From a virus (taxonomy: Duplodnaviria > Caudoviricetes), in IMG/VR virus record IMGVR_UViG_3300024323_000009, positions 1 through 53,162 of that record: 53,162 bases of DNA. One strand, written 5' to 3'. Every line of letters begins with the position of its first letter. Position 1 is the stretch's first letter. Shown piece after piece: positions 1 to 8,416 of the stretch. The translations under genes and the position numbers were made by a program. The notes under the pieces are model-generated. The model was not told where the DNA came from, made no database searches, and saw nothing but the letters and a program-made list of their open reading frames with translations.

Positions 1-3
1 TCG

Positions 4-34
4 CCCTCCCCCCTCCCCCCCCCCCCCCCCCCCC
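4..34. repeat. Poly-C tract (20 consecutive C at 15-34) at the contig end
   Basis: Seen directly. It may be real, or a sequencing/assembly artefact marking the break point. Confidence 0.8.
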
Positions 35-63
35 AATATCGCACACTTCCCAGGGGTTGTCAA
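35..63 (-). promoter_or_regulatory. sigma70-type promoter pointing leftward, towards the - strand early arm across the genome join
   Basis: Minus strand reads TTGACA-N17-GATATT with an extended -10 TGn (TTGACAACCCCTGGGAAGTGTGCGATATT). Confidence 0.65.
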
Positions 64-140
64 GCGCGTATCACTTTTGGGCCGTCCCTATTGCCTCAAA
101 TGGGTGTCCGGGGGTTTGAGCCGCGAAATCCCCTTTGTCA

Positions 141-156
141 AGCATTTTCCGTGCCA
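141..156 (-). promoter_or_regulatory. sigma54 (-24/-12) promoter A, leftward
   Basis: Minus strand TGGCACGGAAAATGCT: exact GG-N10-GC spacing, close to the TGGCACG-N4-TTGCW consensus. Confidence 0.8.
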
Positions 157-228
157 TAACCCGCCCTACTTCACTTGGGACTAGTCTGCTCACTGGTAAA
201 ATAGTTTGAACTATTTCACTCCGGGGAG

Positions 229-256
229 TTGACACTAGCTCTAGCTGTGCCATTGT
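229..256 (+). promoter_or_regulatory. sigma70-type promoter for ORF 320-1009
   Basis: TTGACA-N16-CATTGT with TGn extension, about 60 nt upstream of the ATG at 320. The -10 is imperfect. Confidence 0.5.
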
Positions 257-319
257 ATAGCTACGGTGACGGCGCGGCAATGAAGCAACGCCCGATGCCG
301 GTAGAACACAGAACAACAT

Positions 320-1009
320 ATGAGTAATGAAGCAAAACCAGTAGTCGCGCCAGTAGTGGCGGACGTTCCCGCATACAATACCCGTGGTGATCGCAACGGT
401 ATCGCCTTTGACCTTGGCAAGCGTGAGACAGAACGCGCTAAGAAGGGCGAAGATACGGTAACGTATTGGGGGTTTGACATTGGGCAGTATCTCAATGCCA
501 GTGTCCCTGGCGAACGTCCCCTGCCACAACTTGCGGCCAATGCCACTGACGCGCAGAAGAAAGCACATGCGGAGATTATTGCGGCGAACATTCAGTCACG
601 CCGTGAGTATGCAATCGCGCAGCTTGATACGCTGTTAGGGAGTGACAGTGACGGCAAGTGTATCCTCTTAGATATGGTTGAATCTAAGATGAACGGCTCA
701 CTACTTGCCGCACAAAAAGACAAGGGCAAGGACAACTATGACATGACTACCAAGCTGCAACGCGCATTCGCTTGGTTCAATAACCTTAGCGTTGCCCGGG
801 CTGTCCAAAAATCCCCGATGGACATTGCCAAGGACGAAATGGTAACGGCGATTCAGGACTCCGCAAAAGCGTTAGCGGCTGGCACCATTGATGCCGCTGC
901 GAATGCTCTTGCGGTGCAATCGGCCATTGCGAGCTATCAGAAGCGCGTCGCAGAACTGTCCGCTGCAATGACGGCGCAAGCACTCGCCGATGCCGGTATC
1001 ACGCTGTAA
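320..1009 (+). CDS. Hypothetical early protein, alanine-rich helical C-terminus
   Basis: 229-aa ORF with its own promoter and terminator. No family recognised. Confidence 0.8.
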   Translation: MSNEAKPVVAPVVADVPAYNTRGDRNGIAFDLGKRETERAKKGEDTVTYWGFDIGQYLNASVPGERPLPQLAANATDAQKKAHAEIIAANIQSRREYAIAQLDTLLGSDSDGKCILLDMVESKMNGSLLAAQKDKGKDNYDMTTKLQRAFAWFNNLSVARAVQKSPMDIAKDEMVTAIQDSAKALAAGTIDAAANALAVQSAIASYQKRVAELSAAMTAQALADAGITL

Positions 1010-1033
1010 GCCTCACTAACAGCCACTACAAAT

Positions 1034-1064
1034 AGCCCCTTGGTTCACAGCCAAGGGGTTTTTT
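1034..1064 (+). terminator. Rho-independent terminator
   Basis: AGCCCCTTGG...CCAAGGGGTT hairpin followed by a T run, just after the stop at 1009. Confidence 0.85.
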
Positions 1065-1093
1065 GTCACTACTCCCAATCGCTTCCGGCGTTG

Positions 1094-1272
1094 TCAGGTT
1101 ACCTACTTCCCCATGCTTGCTAGTAATCCCTATGCGCTAGCTAGCAGACCCATACGTGAGCTAGTAGAAAGCTAGTGTTGCTTTGCGATAAATCGTAAAT
1201 CCTTTTCAGCCAGCATATCCGCCAGTGTTGGCATTTACCCTTCAGGTTACCTATTTGCCCCATCCTGCTAGT
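1094..1272. repeat. Imperfect 31-bp direct repeat (1094-1124 and 1242-1272) in a long non-coding region
   Basis: TCAGGTTACCTACTTCCCCATGCTTGCTAGT vs TCAGGTTACCTATTTGCCCCATCCTGCTAGT. Confidence 0.75.
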
Positions 1273-1984
1273 CCTACTCCGATCACTCTCCTAGCGAGTC
1301 GCTATCTCCTGCTAGCTTGCTCAAAAACTAGGAGTAGTAAGTAGTGGCATCTGACTAAGATCATAATGGTAAGTGTTTAAGTTTAAAAAGACCCCCCACA
1401 CCGTGTATATTAGAATATATAATTTATATACATTATAGTTGTTTACTGGCGTTTAACCCGTAAATTCTCGCAAACACTTCACGGGCACCCCTTAAACACT
1501 CCGCTCGTTCAATGGCGTTTATCGGAGACCTACAACGACACCCTTGCTACTCGACACCTAGTGCTAGCTAGCAATCCTTATCGTCTTTGTAGTGACACAA
1601 GCGCAACTAAAGACTAGCACTATTCCGACGTGTATAAATAAATACAGCTAACATCACACTCGCGTTTAATTGTTGCGCTTATCTTACGAGTTGACTAATG
1701 ACATTTACTACTCATTACTAACAAGCATCACGCTGTTACTAATAACGTCGCTAGTTAGCGGCAGATAATTAAACGCCGTTTATCCCACCGTGCTAGTCAT
1801 CACGCCAGTTACTACTCCACCGCTAGTTATTACCATAGCTAATCATGTGCTATTACTAGGGAGGGGTAGCCCCCAGAAACATTTTTGCTGGCCCGAACCA
1901 TCATACTCTCTCGAAACGCTAATTTTCGAGTATTCGAGGTTCTTAATGATAGCAACTAGCTACTCGATACTATTACCCAGATGT

Positions 1985-2000
1985 TGGCATAAGAAATGCT
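1985..2000 (+). promoter_or_regulatory. sigma54 promoter B, head of the packaging/structural arm
   Basis: TGGCATAAGAAATGCT with GG-N10-GC. With flanks it is a near-identical 20-mer to promoter D. Confidence 0.85.
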
Positions 2001-2081
2001 CTGTTAGATAGTGATTTATGGATACTAGTTTGTGGAGCACATCTAATAATGGTAACGGATGGAGTATAACTTCACAGAGAA

Positions 2082-2270
2082 TTGTGGCGGAGAGTGGTTA
2101 TGGACGATTACAGAACATTAGCAGCGAAGCGGGACAGTCTAGTAAAGACGATGCAGCAAGCACAACAGTTGAAGAACAGGGTAGTCGAGAGAACGACGCG
2201 GTTGCAGTTGCAGCAAGTTAGGGACCAAATAAAGCAGGTGGTTAAGAACTATAATAACAGTAAAAGATAA
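2082..2270 (+). CDS. Small coiled-coil hypothetical protein (start may be the ATG at 2100)
   Basis: ORF just downstream of promoter B, 7 nt before the next ORF. An overlapping alternative ORF exists at 2018-2221. Confidence 0.5.
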   Translation: MWRRVVMDDYRTLAAKRDSLVKTMQQAQQLKNRVVERTTRLQLQQVRDQIKQVVKNYNNSKR

Positions 2271-2277
2271 TAATAAT

Positions 2278-2475
2278 ATGAAAAAAGGACTTCAAGTTAG
2301 TTGGCAAGTTAAAGGAGCACCAATGCCGGGTTATGGTACAGTTATCTCCGATGAGGAGAATGGTTGTGTGTTGGTGGCAGTGGATACTCTCGATGGTAGT
2401 CCTAATCCGGGTTACCATATTGTGATTCACTGTACTGTGACATGGTTGACGCCAGTTAATACCAGCACGAACTAG
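2278..2475 (+). CDS. Small hypothetical protein
   Basis: 65-aa ORF in a tightly packed operon. Confidence 0.7.
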   Translation: MKKGLQVSWQVKGAPMPGYGTVISDEENGCVLVAVDTLDGSPNPGYHIVIHCTVTWLTPVNTSTN

Positions 2476-2476
2476 T

Positions 2477-2614
2477 ATGGACCTTACTAATCCGAAAACG
2501 ATTTTGTGCATCATCGCGGTAATACTCGCAGTGGTAGGCATCGTGAAACCGCAGTGGCCATGTGTGGCGGTAGCTGTGTTGCTAGTGGCGATAGCGACGT
2601 TGATTAAGTCGTAG
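2477..2614 (+). CDS. 45-aa two-TM membrane protein (holin-like candidate), not in the ORF track
   Basis: Translated by hand: MDLTNPKTILCIIAVILAVVGIVKPQWPCVAVAVLLVAIATLIKS. It fills the gap between neighbouring ORFs. Confidence 0.65.
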   Translation: MDLTNPKTILCIIAVILAVVGIVKPQWPCVAVAVLLVAIATLIKS

Positions 2615-2618
2615 TAGT

Positions 2619-3056
2619 ATGGGCTTCGACAGCAGACAGATACTAGAGCTAGGCAAGCAAGGGTTAAATGCCGAGGAGATAGCTGCCGCTTTGGGGTATG
2701 ATGTAGAGCTAGTCACTACTGTCTTGACGAAGGGGGCGGAAGTTCCGGCCCTAGCTGATACTACTCTCGAAAAGCCTAAAGCTAGAGGGATGATGTTTGA
2801 TGATAGTATGGAGCAACTCGCAGTTGCGACGGTGAAGGATATTCTATTAGATACAGAAGTGAAAGCACAAACACGTCTTAATGCGGCTCGAACTGTCATC
2901 GAGGAACGCAAGGGCCTACTAGAACCCAAAGTCGCTACTAACGTCACTTTCAATATCATGGACTTTAACGAACGGTTGCAGCAGATGCGCCGACGGCGGG
3001 AGGAATTGGAGAGGGTGATAGATGTGCAGGGAGATACTAAATTGGTAGCTGCATGA
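2619..3056 (+). CDS. Putative terminase small subunit
   Basis: N-terminal HTH-like segment (GLNAEEIAAALGYD), helical middle and coiled-coil tail. Lies upstream of TerL. Confidence 0.6.
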   Translation: MGFDSRQILELGKQGLNAEEIAAALGYDVELVTTVLTKGAEVPALADTTLEKPKARGMMFDDSMEQLAVATVKDILLDTEVKAQTRLNAARTVIEERKGLLEPKVATNVTFNIMDFNERLQQMRRRREELERVIDVQGDTKLVAA

Positions 3057-3349
3057 ACACAAGAACATTCATCAAATCACTGCTAGTCGGCGCTATCGCA
3101 CCTTCGGTATTTTTGCCGAAAGCTAGTGACTCGTTTAAGTGGAAACGCACGGCTAGTGGAATCTATGTTGTTAGTGACGTTGACAAATTTCAAAGACTTC
3201 CTTATTACTTAACCAAGGTTGAATTAGAGCATTTTCCCAGCTGGAATAGTTTTGAAATGTTGTATGGAACCAATATCTGGAAACCAGATATGGGTGATAC
3301 TAAAAGAGCAATTACTATTCGCTCCGATTTTTACGCTTCTGGATTCTAG
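3053..3349 (+). CDS. Tat-like leader fused to a paralogue of the major capsid N-terminus
   Basis: MNTRTFIKSLLVGAIAP leader. Segment DVDKFQRLPYY...KRAIT aligns ungapped to MCP DKDRFQKLPFY...MRAVT at 28/47 identities by hand count. Confidence 0.75.
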   Translation: MNTRTFIKSLLVGAIAPSVFLPKASDSFKWKRTASGIYVVSDVDKFQRLPYYLTKVELEHFPSWNSFEMLYGTNIWKPDMGDTKRAITIRSDFYASGF

Positions 3350-3351
3350 TT

Positions 3352-4959
3352 GTGGACTCCAACACCTCCATCGTCCCCTTCGATTTCAAAGACCCGATAG
3401 ATATGCTACTAGCGATAGATGATATGCTACTTCGAGGCTCCGCGAATGGTGGCATTGACCTCTATAAGTGGCAAATGGAAGTAATGAAAGACTTCGCACA
3501 GGAGAGTAGCGACCGAGAGCCATTCCTAGCAGTAGCTCGAACCTGTAATGGTGCCGGTAAGGACCATATGCTAATTGCGCCCTGTGCTACATGGTTGTGC
3601 TGTCACTATGCCTACGCACAAGTTGTGATAACGTCGAAGTCCGGCCCACAGCTAGACAAGCAGACGAACACCCGCATACAACAGATATGCGAAGCATTTA
3701 ATGCTAAGTGCGGCGAAGAGATATGGAAGATCAACTACCGGCACTATGAGAACCTTCGCACTCGCTCTACTATTGAAATGTTTGTTACAGATGAGGCTGG
3801 ACGCGCCGAAGGATGGCACCCTAAAGTTCCGGGAGGCAAGCAGGCGATATTTACTAGCGAAGCGAAGTCCATCGAAGAAGAGATATTCCAAGCCCTCGCT
3901 AGATGCACCGGAACTACTCACCGACTCGACTGTTCTACACCGGGGTTACCTATGGGGCATTTCTTTAACAGATGCACTAGTGGCAACTGGCGCAAGTACC
4001 ATGTGACGGCGTTCGACTGTCCCCATATCTCACCGGCGGAGATAGCTAGCGTTGCAGAGATGTATGGTGAAGGCTCTCCGACGTATAAGTCCATGATCCT
4101 CGCAGAGTTCTCCACTACCGACGACTTAGTAGTAATTCCGTATTTTCGTGTAGTAGCAGCGATGTCGGGGAACGGGAAGATTCCGCATACTCGGGAAGTG
4201 CATAACACCGGCGGTCTAGACCTATCGGCGGGTGGAGACGAGACTGTGCTAGCGGTTAGGAATGGTAACAAACTACTCTCTATATATGGATGGCGATATG
4301 ATGATACCAGTAGAACAGTCGAACATGTCGAAAAACTGCTCAAGGAGAATGGGTTACAAGACCCTAAAACTACAATCTGGGCTGACGCCGGAGGACTTGG
4401 GAAACCAATCATTGATAATCTACGTTCGAGAGGATGGTACAATATCAAGTATGTTGTTAATCAAGGCTCCCCCAACGACAAGCGAGTCTATCTCAACCGT
4501 GGAACAGAAATGTACTTCACCCTCAACCGATGGCTAGAAAATGGCGAGATCATACTACTCCCAGATGAACGATTACGACGACAACTATCCACTCGTTACT
4601 ATGTTGCGACCGATAACAGGTATCGTCTTGAATCAAAGCTACAAGCGAGGGCCAAAGGGCATCCGTCCCCGGACAGAGCTGATGCCGTTGTATTGGCATT
4701 CTCGAACTACCGAACTCAATTTCGAGATGGCGTACCAGATGATCGGCTCCCGCTACCACCACGAGTTATACAGTCACCTCCTACGGGGGGAGACTTCACT
4801 CTGAAAGGTCATGCACAGGGAGGGGATGATGTGCAACGATACCTCGATCAGAAGTATGGTTCATGGTCAGCGAACGGCAAAGATGATAGCTATTTGAGGG
4901 AGCAGATTGCGGAGTTGAATGCGAAGAGGAAAGCAGTAACCACTAATGAAAATAACTGA
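3352..4959 (+). CDS. terL: Terminase large subunit
   Basis: Walker A-like RTCNGAGKD, STPG coupling motif, and RNase H-fold nuclease motifs GLDLSAGGDETV, DAGGLG and SPDRADA. Confidence 0.9.
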   Translation: MDSNTSIVPFDFKDPIDMLLAIDDMLLRGSANGGIDLYKWQMEVMKDFAQESSDREPFLAVARTCNGAGKDHMLIAPCATWLCCHYAYAQVVITSKSGPQLDKQTNTRIQQICEAFNAKCGEEIWKINYRHYENLRTRSTIEMFVTDEAGRAEGWHPKVPGGKQAIFTSEAKSIEEEIFQALARCTGTTHRLDCSTPGLPMGHFFNRCTSGNWRKYHVTAFDCPHISPAEIASVAEMYGEGSPTYKSMILAEFSTTDDLVVIPYFRVVAAMSGNGKIPHTREVHNTGGLDLSAGGDETVLAVRNGNKLLSIYGWRYDDTSRTVEHVEKLLKENGLQDPKTTIWADAGGLGKPIIDNLRSRGWYNIKYVVNQGSPNDKRVYLNRGTEMYFTLNRWLENGEIILLPDERLRRQLSTRYYVATDNRYRLESKLQARAKGHPSPDRADAVVLAFSNYRTQFRDGVPDDRLPLPPRVIQSPPTGGDFTLKGHAQGGDDVQRYLDQKYGSWSANGKDDSYLREQIAELNAKRKAVTTNENN

Positions 4960-5260
4960 CACTATTCCAGCGGCGACCGAAGGGAGTAGAGATACAAGCG
5001 GCTATGCAGTTGAGAGCACTCTTTTCTTAGCACGTAGAGTTCTTGACGATCATGCGTTAGTGTTCAAGCAGTTCTATGAAGAGAGCTTGAAAGAGCAGGG
5101 TGGACAAATGAGCGAGCTATCACGTAGGTATGCAGCGCAATATAACAGCTTAGTAGATTTACGCAAGAAACTAAATCAAGAGACTGCATCGCAGATGGTA
5201 AGATGGGATGGACCAGAAGCAACACAGAAAATTTACTTTAGTACAACAACAAACAACTGA
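4946..5260 (+). CDS. Hypothetical protein
   Basis: 104-aa ORF overlapping the terL stop. Confidence 0.65.
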   Translation: MKITDTIPAATEGSRDTSGYAVESTLFLARRVLDDHALVFKQFYEESLKEQGGQMSELSRRYAAQYNSLVDLRKKLNQETASQMVRWDGPEATQKIYFSTTTNN

Positions 5261-5268
5261 TTACTATT

Positions 5269-5550
5269 ATGATGGACAAAGTTAACACAGATGGCGCAGA
5301 TGGTCAGGGTGATGCGGTAGCTAGTGGCGCGCTAGATAGTGGTGCAGAAGAACGTGGTGAACCCTCCTCCGAGGGAGTAGTAATCTCCGAGCAGTTCCAA
5401 AAAGCATTGTATGAATTGTTGGAAGATGCGAGTATGGAAGAGCTACAATTCGCATCAAACTGTGCGAACGAAAAGCGATATGAGCTAGAGCAAGCGAAGA
5501 GGGAAGAGGAAGCGCCAGAACTCTCCACTGAGGGGATGCCCTCTGACTAG
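5269..5550 (+). CDS. Acidic hypothetical protein
   Basis: 93-aa E/D-rich ORF in the operon. Confidence 0.65.
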   Translation: MMDKVNTDGADGQGDAVASGALDSGAEERGEPSSEGVVISEQFQKALYELLEDASMEELQFASNCANEKRYELEQAKREEEAPELSTEGMPSD

Positions 5551-5551
5551 T

Positions 5552-5665
5552 ATGTCTAAAGACCTTAAAGAGCGTATAGTGGCAGTTTTGATAGGTGTTG
5601 GCGCTGGTATAGTAGTCGGCACAATCATTTTAGTCATCATCCATTTCTACAATCAACCTCTATGA
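5552..5665 (+). CDS. 37-aa single-TM protein, not in the ORF track
   Basis: MSKDLKERIVAVLIGVGAGIVVGTIILVIIHFYNQPL, with an ATGA overlap onto the portal start. Confidence 0.55.
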   Translation: MSKDLKERIVAVLIGVGAGIVVGTIILVIIHFYNQPL

Positions 5666-7626
5666 GCGCCACTACCGACAATCAACCCGCCTCTTCTGAC
5701 ACCTACAAAGTCCCCAACCTCCTAGTATTCGACGAGGCAAAGGACATGATTAAGAAGCTCGTCTCTGTCATGGAGGAGCAAGATAAGGTATTGAAGACGA
5801 ATCGGAACTTACGGTATGCGGAGATAGATATAGAAGCAGAACGCAAAGCGGGCAGGATAGCGCCAGATGAACTCTACGTTCCTCAGCATGTCATTGATGC
5901 TAATATCCGGCGCGAACAGTCCGTCTATGTCGGTTATCTTACCGCTCCTCCACGCTCTTTAGTGCTATCAAACATTCAGAATCCATCCACAGTTACCGAG
6001 CCGATTGAGCGTGATATAACGAACCGCATTCGCTACGATGGCTGGCAAATGCCACTCTATCGAGCCGTCGACTCCATGCAACAGAACGGCTACGGAGTAG
6101 TAGAAATCGTCCAAGACCAGTCGAAGCCGGGCCACTTAGTAATACAAGATGTAGCTTATGACGACTTCGGCTACTGTCTCGACTCGAAGGATATTCAGAG
6201 TGCGGAGATGATAACGCGGCAATATCACTTCACTAAGACGCAGTTGATAGCGTTGACGAAGATCAAAGACCCTACGAAGAGGTTCGACATAGAACAAGTA
6301 GAACGTATCGTCACTGCGAAGGACCGCGAAGCAGAGGACTACAAGGAGACTTCGCTGTTCAAAGTAGAGAAAGTAATGTTCCGCAAGAAGGGAGTAGTGC
6401 AAGTGGGGTGGTCTTGTCAGTTGAAGTGTGATGATTGGTTACGAGCACCACGGCCATTATATATCGGGCGTCAGCGTCGCTCTCCAATCGGCTTCTGGAT
6501 GAAGGATTTTGAGACAGATTACCCCTTCTTTATCCTTCCCTATACTATCACTGAGAACACCACCATCCGGCAATTCCGAGGACGGGCGTATTTCGATCAA
6601 GATGTGCAGGAAGCTATCTCCTCGCTCATGTCGTCCGTGGTGACTGGCTACCGACGTTCCACCTACTTCATGTTCTCCAAAGATATTGACAATGACCCCA
6701 ATGGAGATGTGGCGACACAGACGGTAGTAGTAGGCAACGGCAAAGTGGTGAACAGTAAGGTAAGGCAGTTCATGCTAGCGGCGCCGGATGCCACCTCTCT
6801 ATCCGCGATACAAGCCCTCACTTCTGCTAATCTCCAAGAACAATCCCAGATCAACTATGCTGCAAACAACCGTCAAGACTCTCGTAAAACTGCAACTGAG
6901 ATACAGGCTGCACAGCAGAACTCACAACAACTATCCACTATTCAGTTGGCGTTGTTTTCCACTAGCATCAAAGCTATCTATTCGACATTCTTCGAGGTGT
7001 GTCGTAGTAGAGTGCTAGCTCAGTTGATACTAGACTTACCGCCGCAGCTTGTGGAGTTGTATGGCGCTACATACTCGATTCGACCGGCGGGTGACTCCGA
7101 TGTAGTCGAACGTCAACAGAAGATTCAACAGATGCAACAAGCATGGCCAGTGATGGAACATACTCCGGCAGCGCAGATGTTCCTCTCGAAGTTATTGATG
7201 CTATTGTTCCCCGAAGATGCTCCGCAGTACTTGACGGCATTCCAAGTAGATCAGACGAAGGATAAAGCGTTACAATCCTGTCTCCAAGTACTAGGCGCGT
7301 TAGTCCAAGACCCCAACGCCTTATCTCCCCAAGAGCGTCAGAATGTGCCGCAGATACTAGGACTGATACAGAATATTATCCAGATACTCCATCCTCAGCA
7401 GCAACCGGGCCAAGGCAAGGGCCAACAACAAGGTAGTGGTAAAGGTATCGGTGGCCAACCTGCTATCGGCGCTAACTCCCCCATGCAACCCCAAGGTGGT
7501 AATCGTCCACAGATGCCTCAAGGTGGTAGTGGAGGCGGTCCTAGTCCTAGCATGGGTCAATTACTCTCTACTCGGCTTCTCCAGATGGCGAGGCCAGCAC
7601 AGCAACTACAACAGCAGAATCCATAG
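5662..7626 (+). CDS. Portal protein
   Basis: 654 aa after TerL. Has a podovirus-portal-like RKTATEIQ motif and a Q/G/P-rich C-terminal tail. Confidence 0.8.
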   Translation: MSATTDNQPASSDTYKVPNLLVFDEAKDMIKKLVSVMEEQDKVLKTNRNLRYAEIDIEAERKAGRIAPDELYVPQHVIDANIRREQSVYVGYLTAPPRSLVLSNIQNPSTVTEPIERDITNRIRYDGWQMPLYRAVDSMQQNGYGVVEIVQDQSKPGHLVIQDVAYDDFGYCLDSKDIQSAEMITRQYHFTKTQLIALTKIKDPTKRFDIEQVERIVTAKDREAEDYKETSLFKVEKVMFRKKGVVQVGWSCQLKCDDWLRAPRPLYIGRQRRSPIGFWMKDFETDYPFFILPYTITENTTIRQFRGRAYFDQDVQEAISSLMSSVVTGYRRSTYFMFSKDIDNDPNGDVATQTVVVGNGKVVNSKVRQFMLAAPDATSLSAIQALTSANLQEQSQINYAANNRQDSRKTATEIQAAQQNSQQLSTIQLALFSTSIKAIYSTFFEVCRSRVLAQLILDLPPQLVELYGATYSIRPAGDSDVVERQQKIQQMQQAWPVMEHTPAAQMFLSKLLMLLFPEDAPQYLTAFQVDQTKDKALQSCLQVLGALVQDPNALSPQERQNVPQILGLIQNIIQILHPQQQPGQGKGQQQGSGKGIGGQPAIGANSPMQPQGGNRPQMPQGGSGGGPSPSMGQLLSTRLLQMARPAQQLQQQNP

Positions 7627-7633
7627 TACTATT

Positions 7634-7831
7634 ATGTTAACACTCCAAGACCGTATCCGAATGTTTCGAGGCACTAAACGCTTCGACTCCTTACACGAAG
7701 TTCCAGCTGATCTCGTTCATGCTCAAGATGTGCGTGATGATACTCATCCAGTGCCAGAAACACCAGCGCCGCTTACTGAGTCAGCGGAAGTAACGCCGAA
7801 GAAGAGTAAGGCGAAGACGAGACATAACTAA
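7634..7831 (+). CDS. Small hypothetical protein
   Basis: Non-overlapping 3' part of track ORF 7436-7831, starting at the ATG at 7634. Confidence 0.55.
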   Translation: MLTLQDRIRMFRGTKRFDSLHEVPADLVHAQDVRDDTHPVPETPAPLTESAEVTPKKSKAKTRHN

Positions 7832-7832
7832 T

Positions 7833-8135
7833 ATGAATCCATCTCAAACTACACAGCTTCCTGATGGTTCTGCTTTCTTTACAGCAGAGATAATGTCAAA
7901 GGATGAAGCATTAGCACTTCCGATCAACAAGCGTCCCATTTGTTATCGTGTTTCATCTGAACTTTACCATGATGTCTTTCAAGCTGTAGGTTCTGCATCT
8001 ATGTGCTGGAAGCCAGATACAGGAAGTGCTGTATTTCAAAGTGAGCAGGCTTCCGATATTGCAATTAAACTGTTGTTTAAGATAGCAAATGAAAAAGAGA
8101 AAGCAGTAGAAGAAGCTTTGAGCTTAAAGAAGTGA
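7833..8135 (+). CDS. Hypothetical protein
   Basis: 100-aa ORF in the operon. Confidence 0.65.
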   Translation: MNPSQTTQLPDGSAFFTAEIMSKDEALALPINKRPICYRVSSELYHDVFQAVGSASMCWKPDTGSAVFQSEQASDIAIKLLFKIANEKEKAVEEALSLKK

Positions 8136-8416
8136 AACAGCTACCACCACAACTAGCTACTCCTGAGAACATTGAACTCGTAGCTCTCCACGAAAAGTGG
8201 CTCCAATCACCAGTAGCAGCGAAGGTGCGACAATTACTAGACCACTGGGTTACTAACTACACTAACTTTGCTGCTACTGGTTCAGTTACTTCTGAAATAT
8301 CAGCCGAATCTGTTCGCATACGCGCGGCACAACTTCACACACTCCTAAAACTCCGAGACACACTATATGACACTGAACGCTTCATCACAGAGATTGCTAG
8401 ACCCCACACCAGTTGA
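8132..8416 (+). CDS. Hypothetical protein
   Basis: 94-aa helical ORF between portal and scaffold. Confidence 0.6.
   Translation: MKQLPPQLATPENIELVALHEKWLQSPVAAKVRQLLDHWVTNYTNFAATGSVTSEISAESVRIRAAQLHTLLKLRDTLYDTERFITEIARPHTS

Noticed and set aside
4-34. Poly-C/poly-G tract as a G-quadruplex or phase-variation element
   Set aside because: It sits at the contig end, where homopolymer artefacts are common. It cannot be trusted without reads.
237-252. Minus-strand TGGCACAGCTAGAGCT overlapping the rightward sigma70 promoter
   Set aside because: Spacing is right but the -12 element lacks TGC. Too weak to call, though RpoN binding here could occlude the early promoter.
880-895. TGGCACCATTGATGCC with GG-N10-GC spacing
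   Set aside because: It lies inside a CDS, ends GCC rather than GCW, and fires straight into the 1034 terminator. Probably chance.
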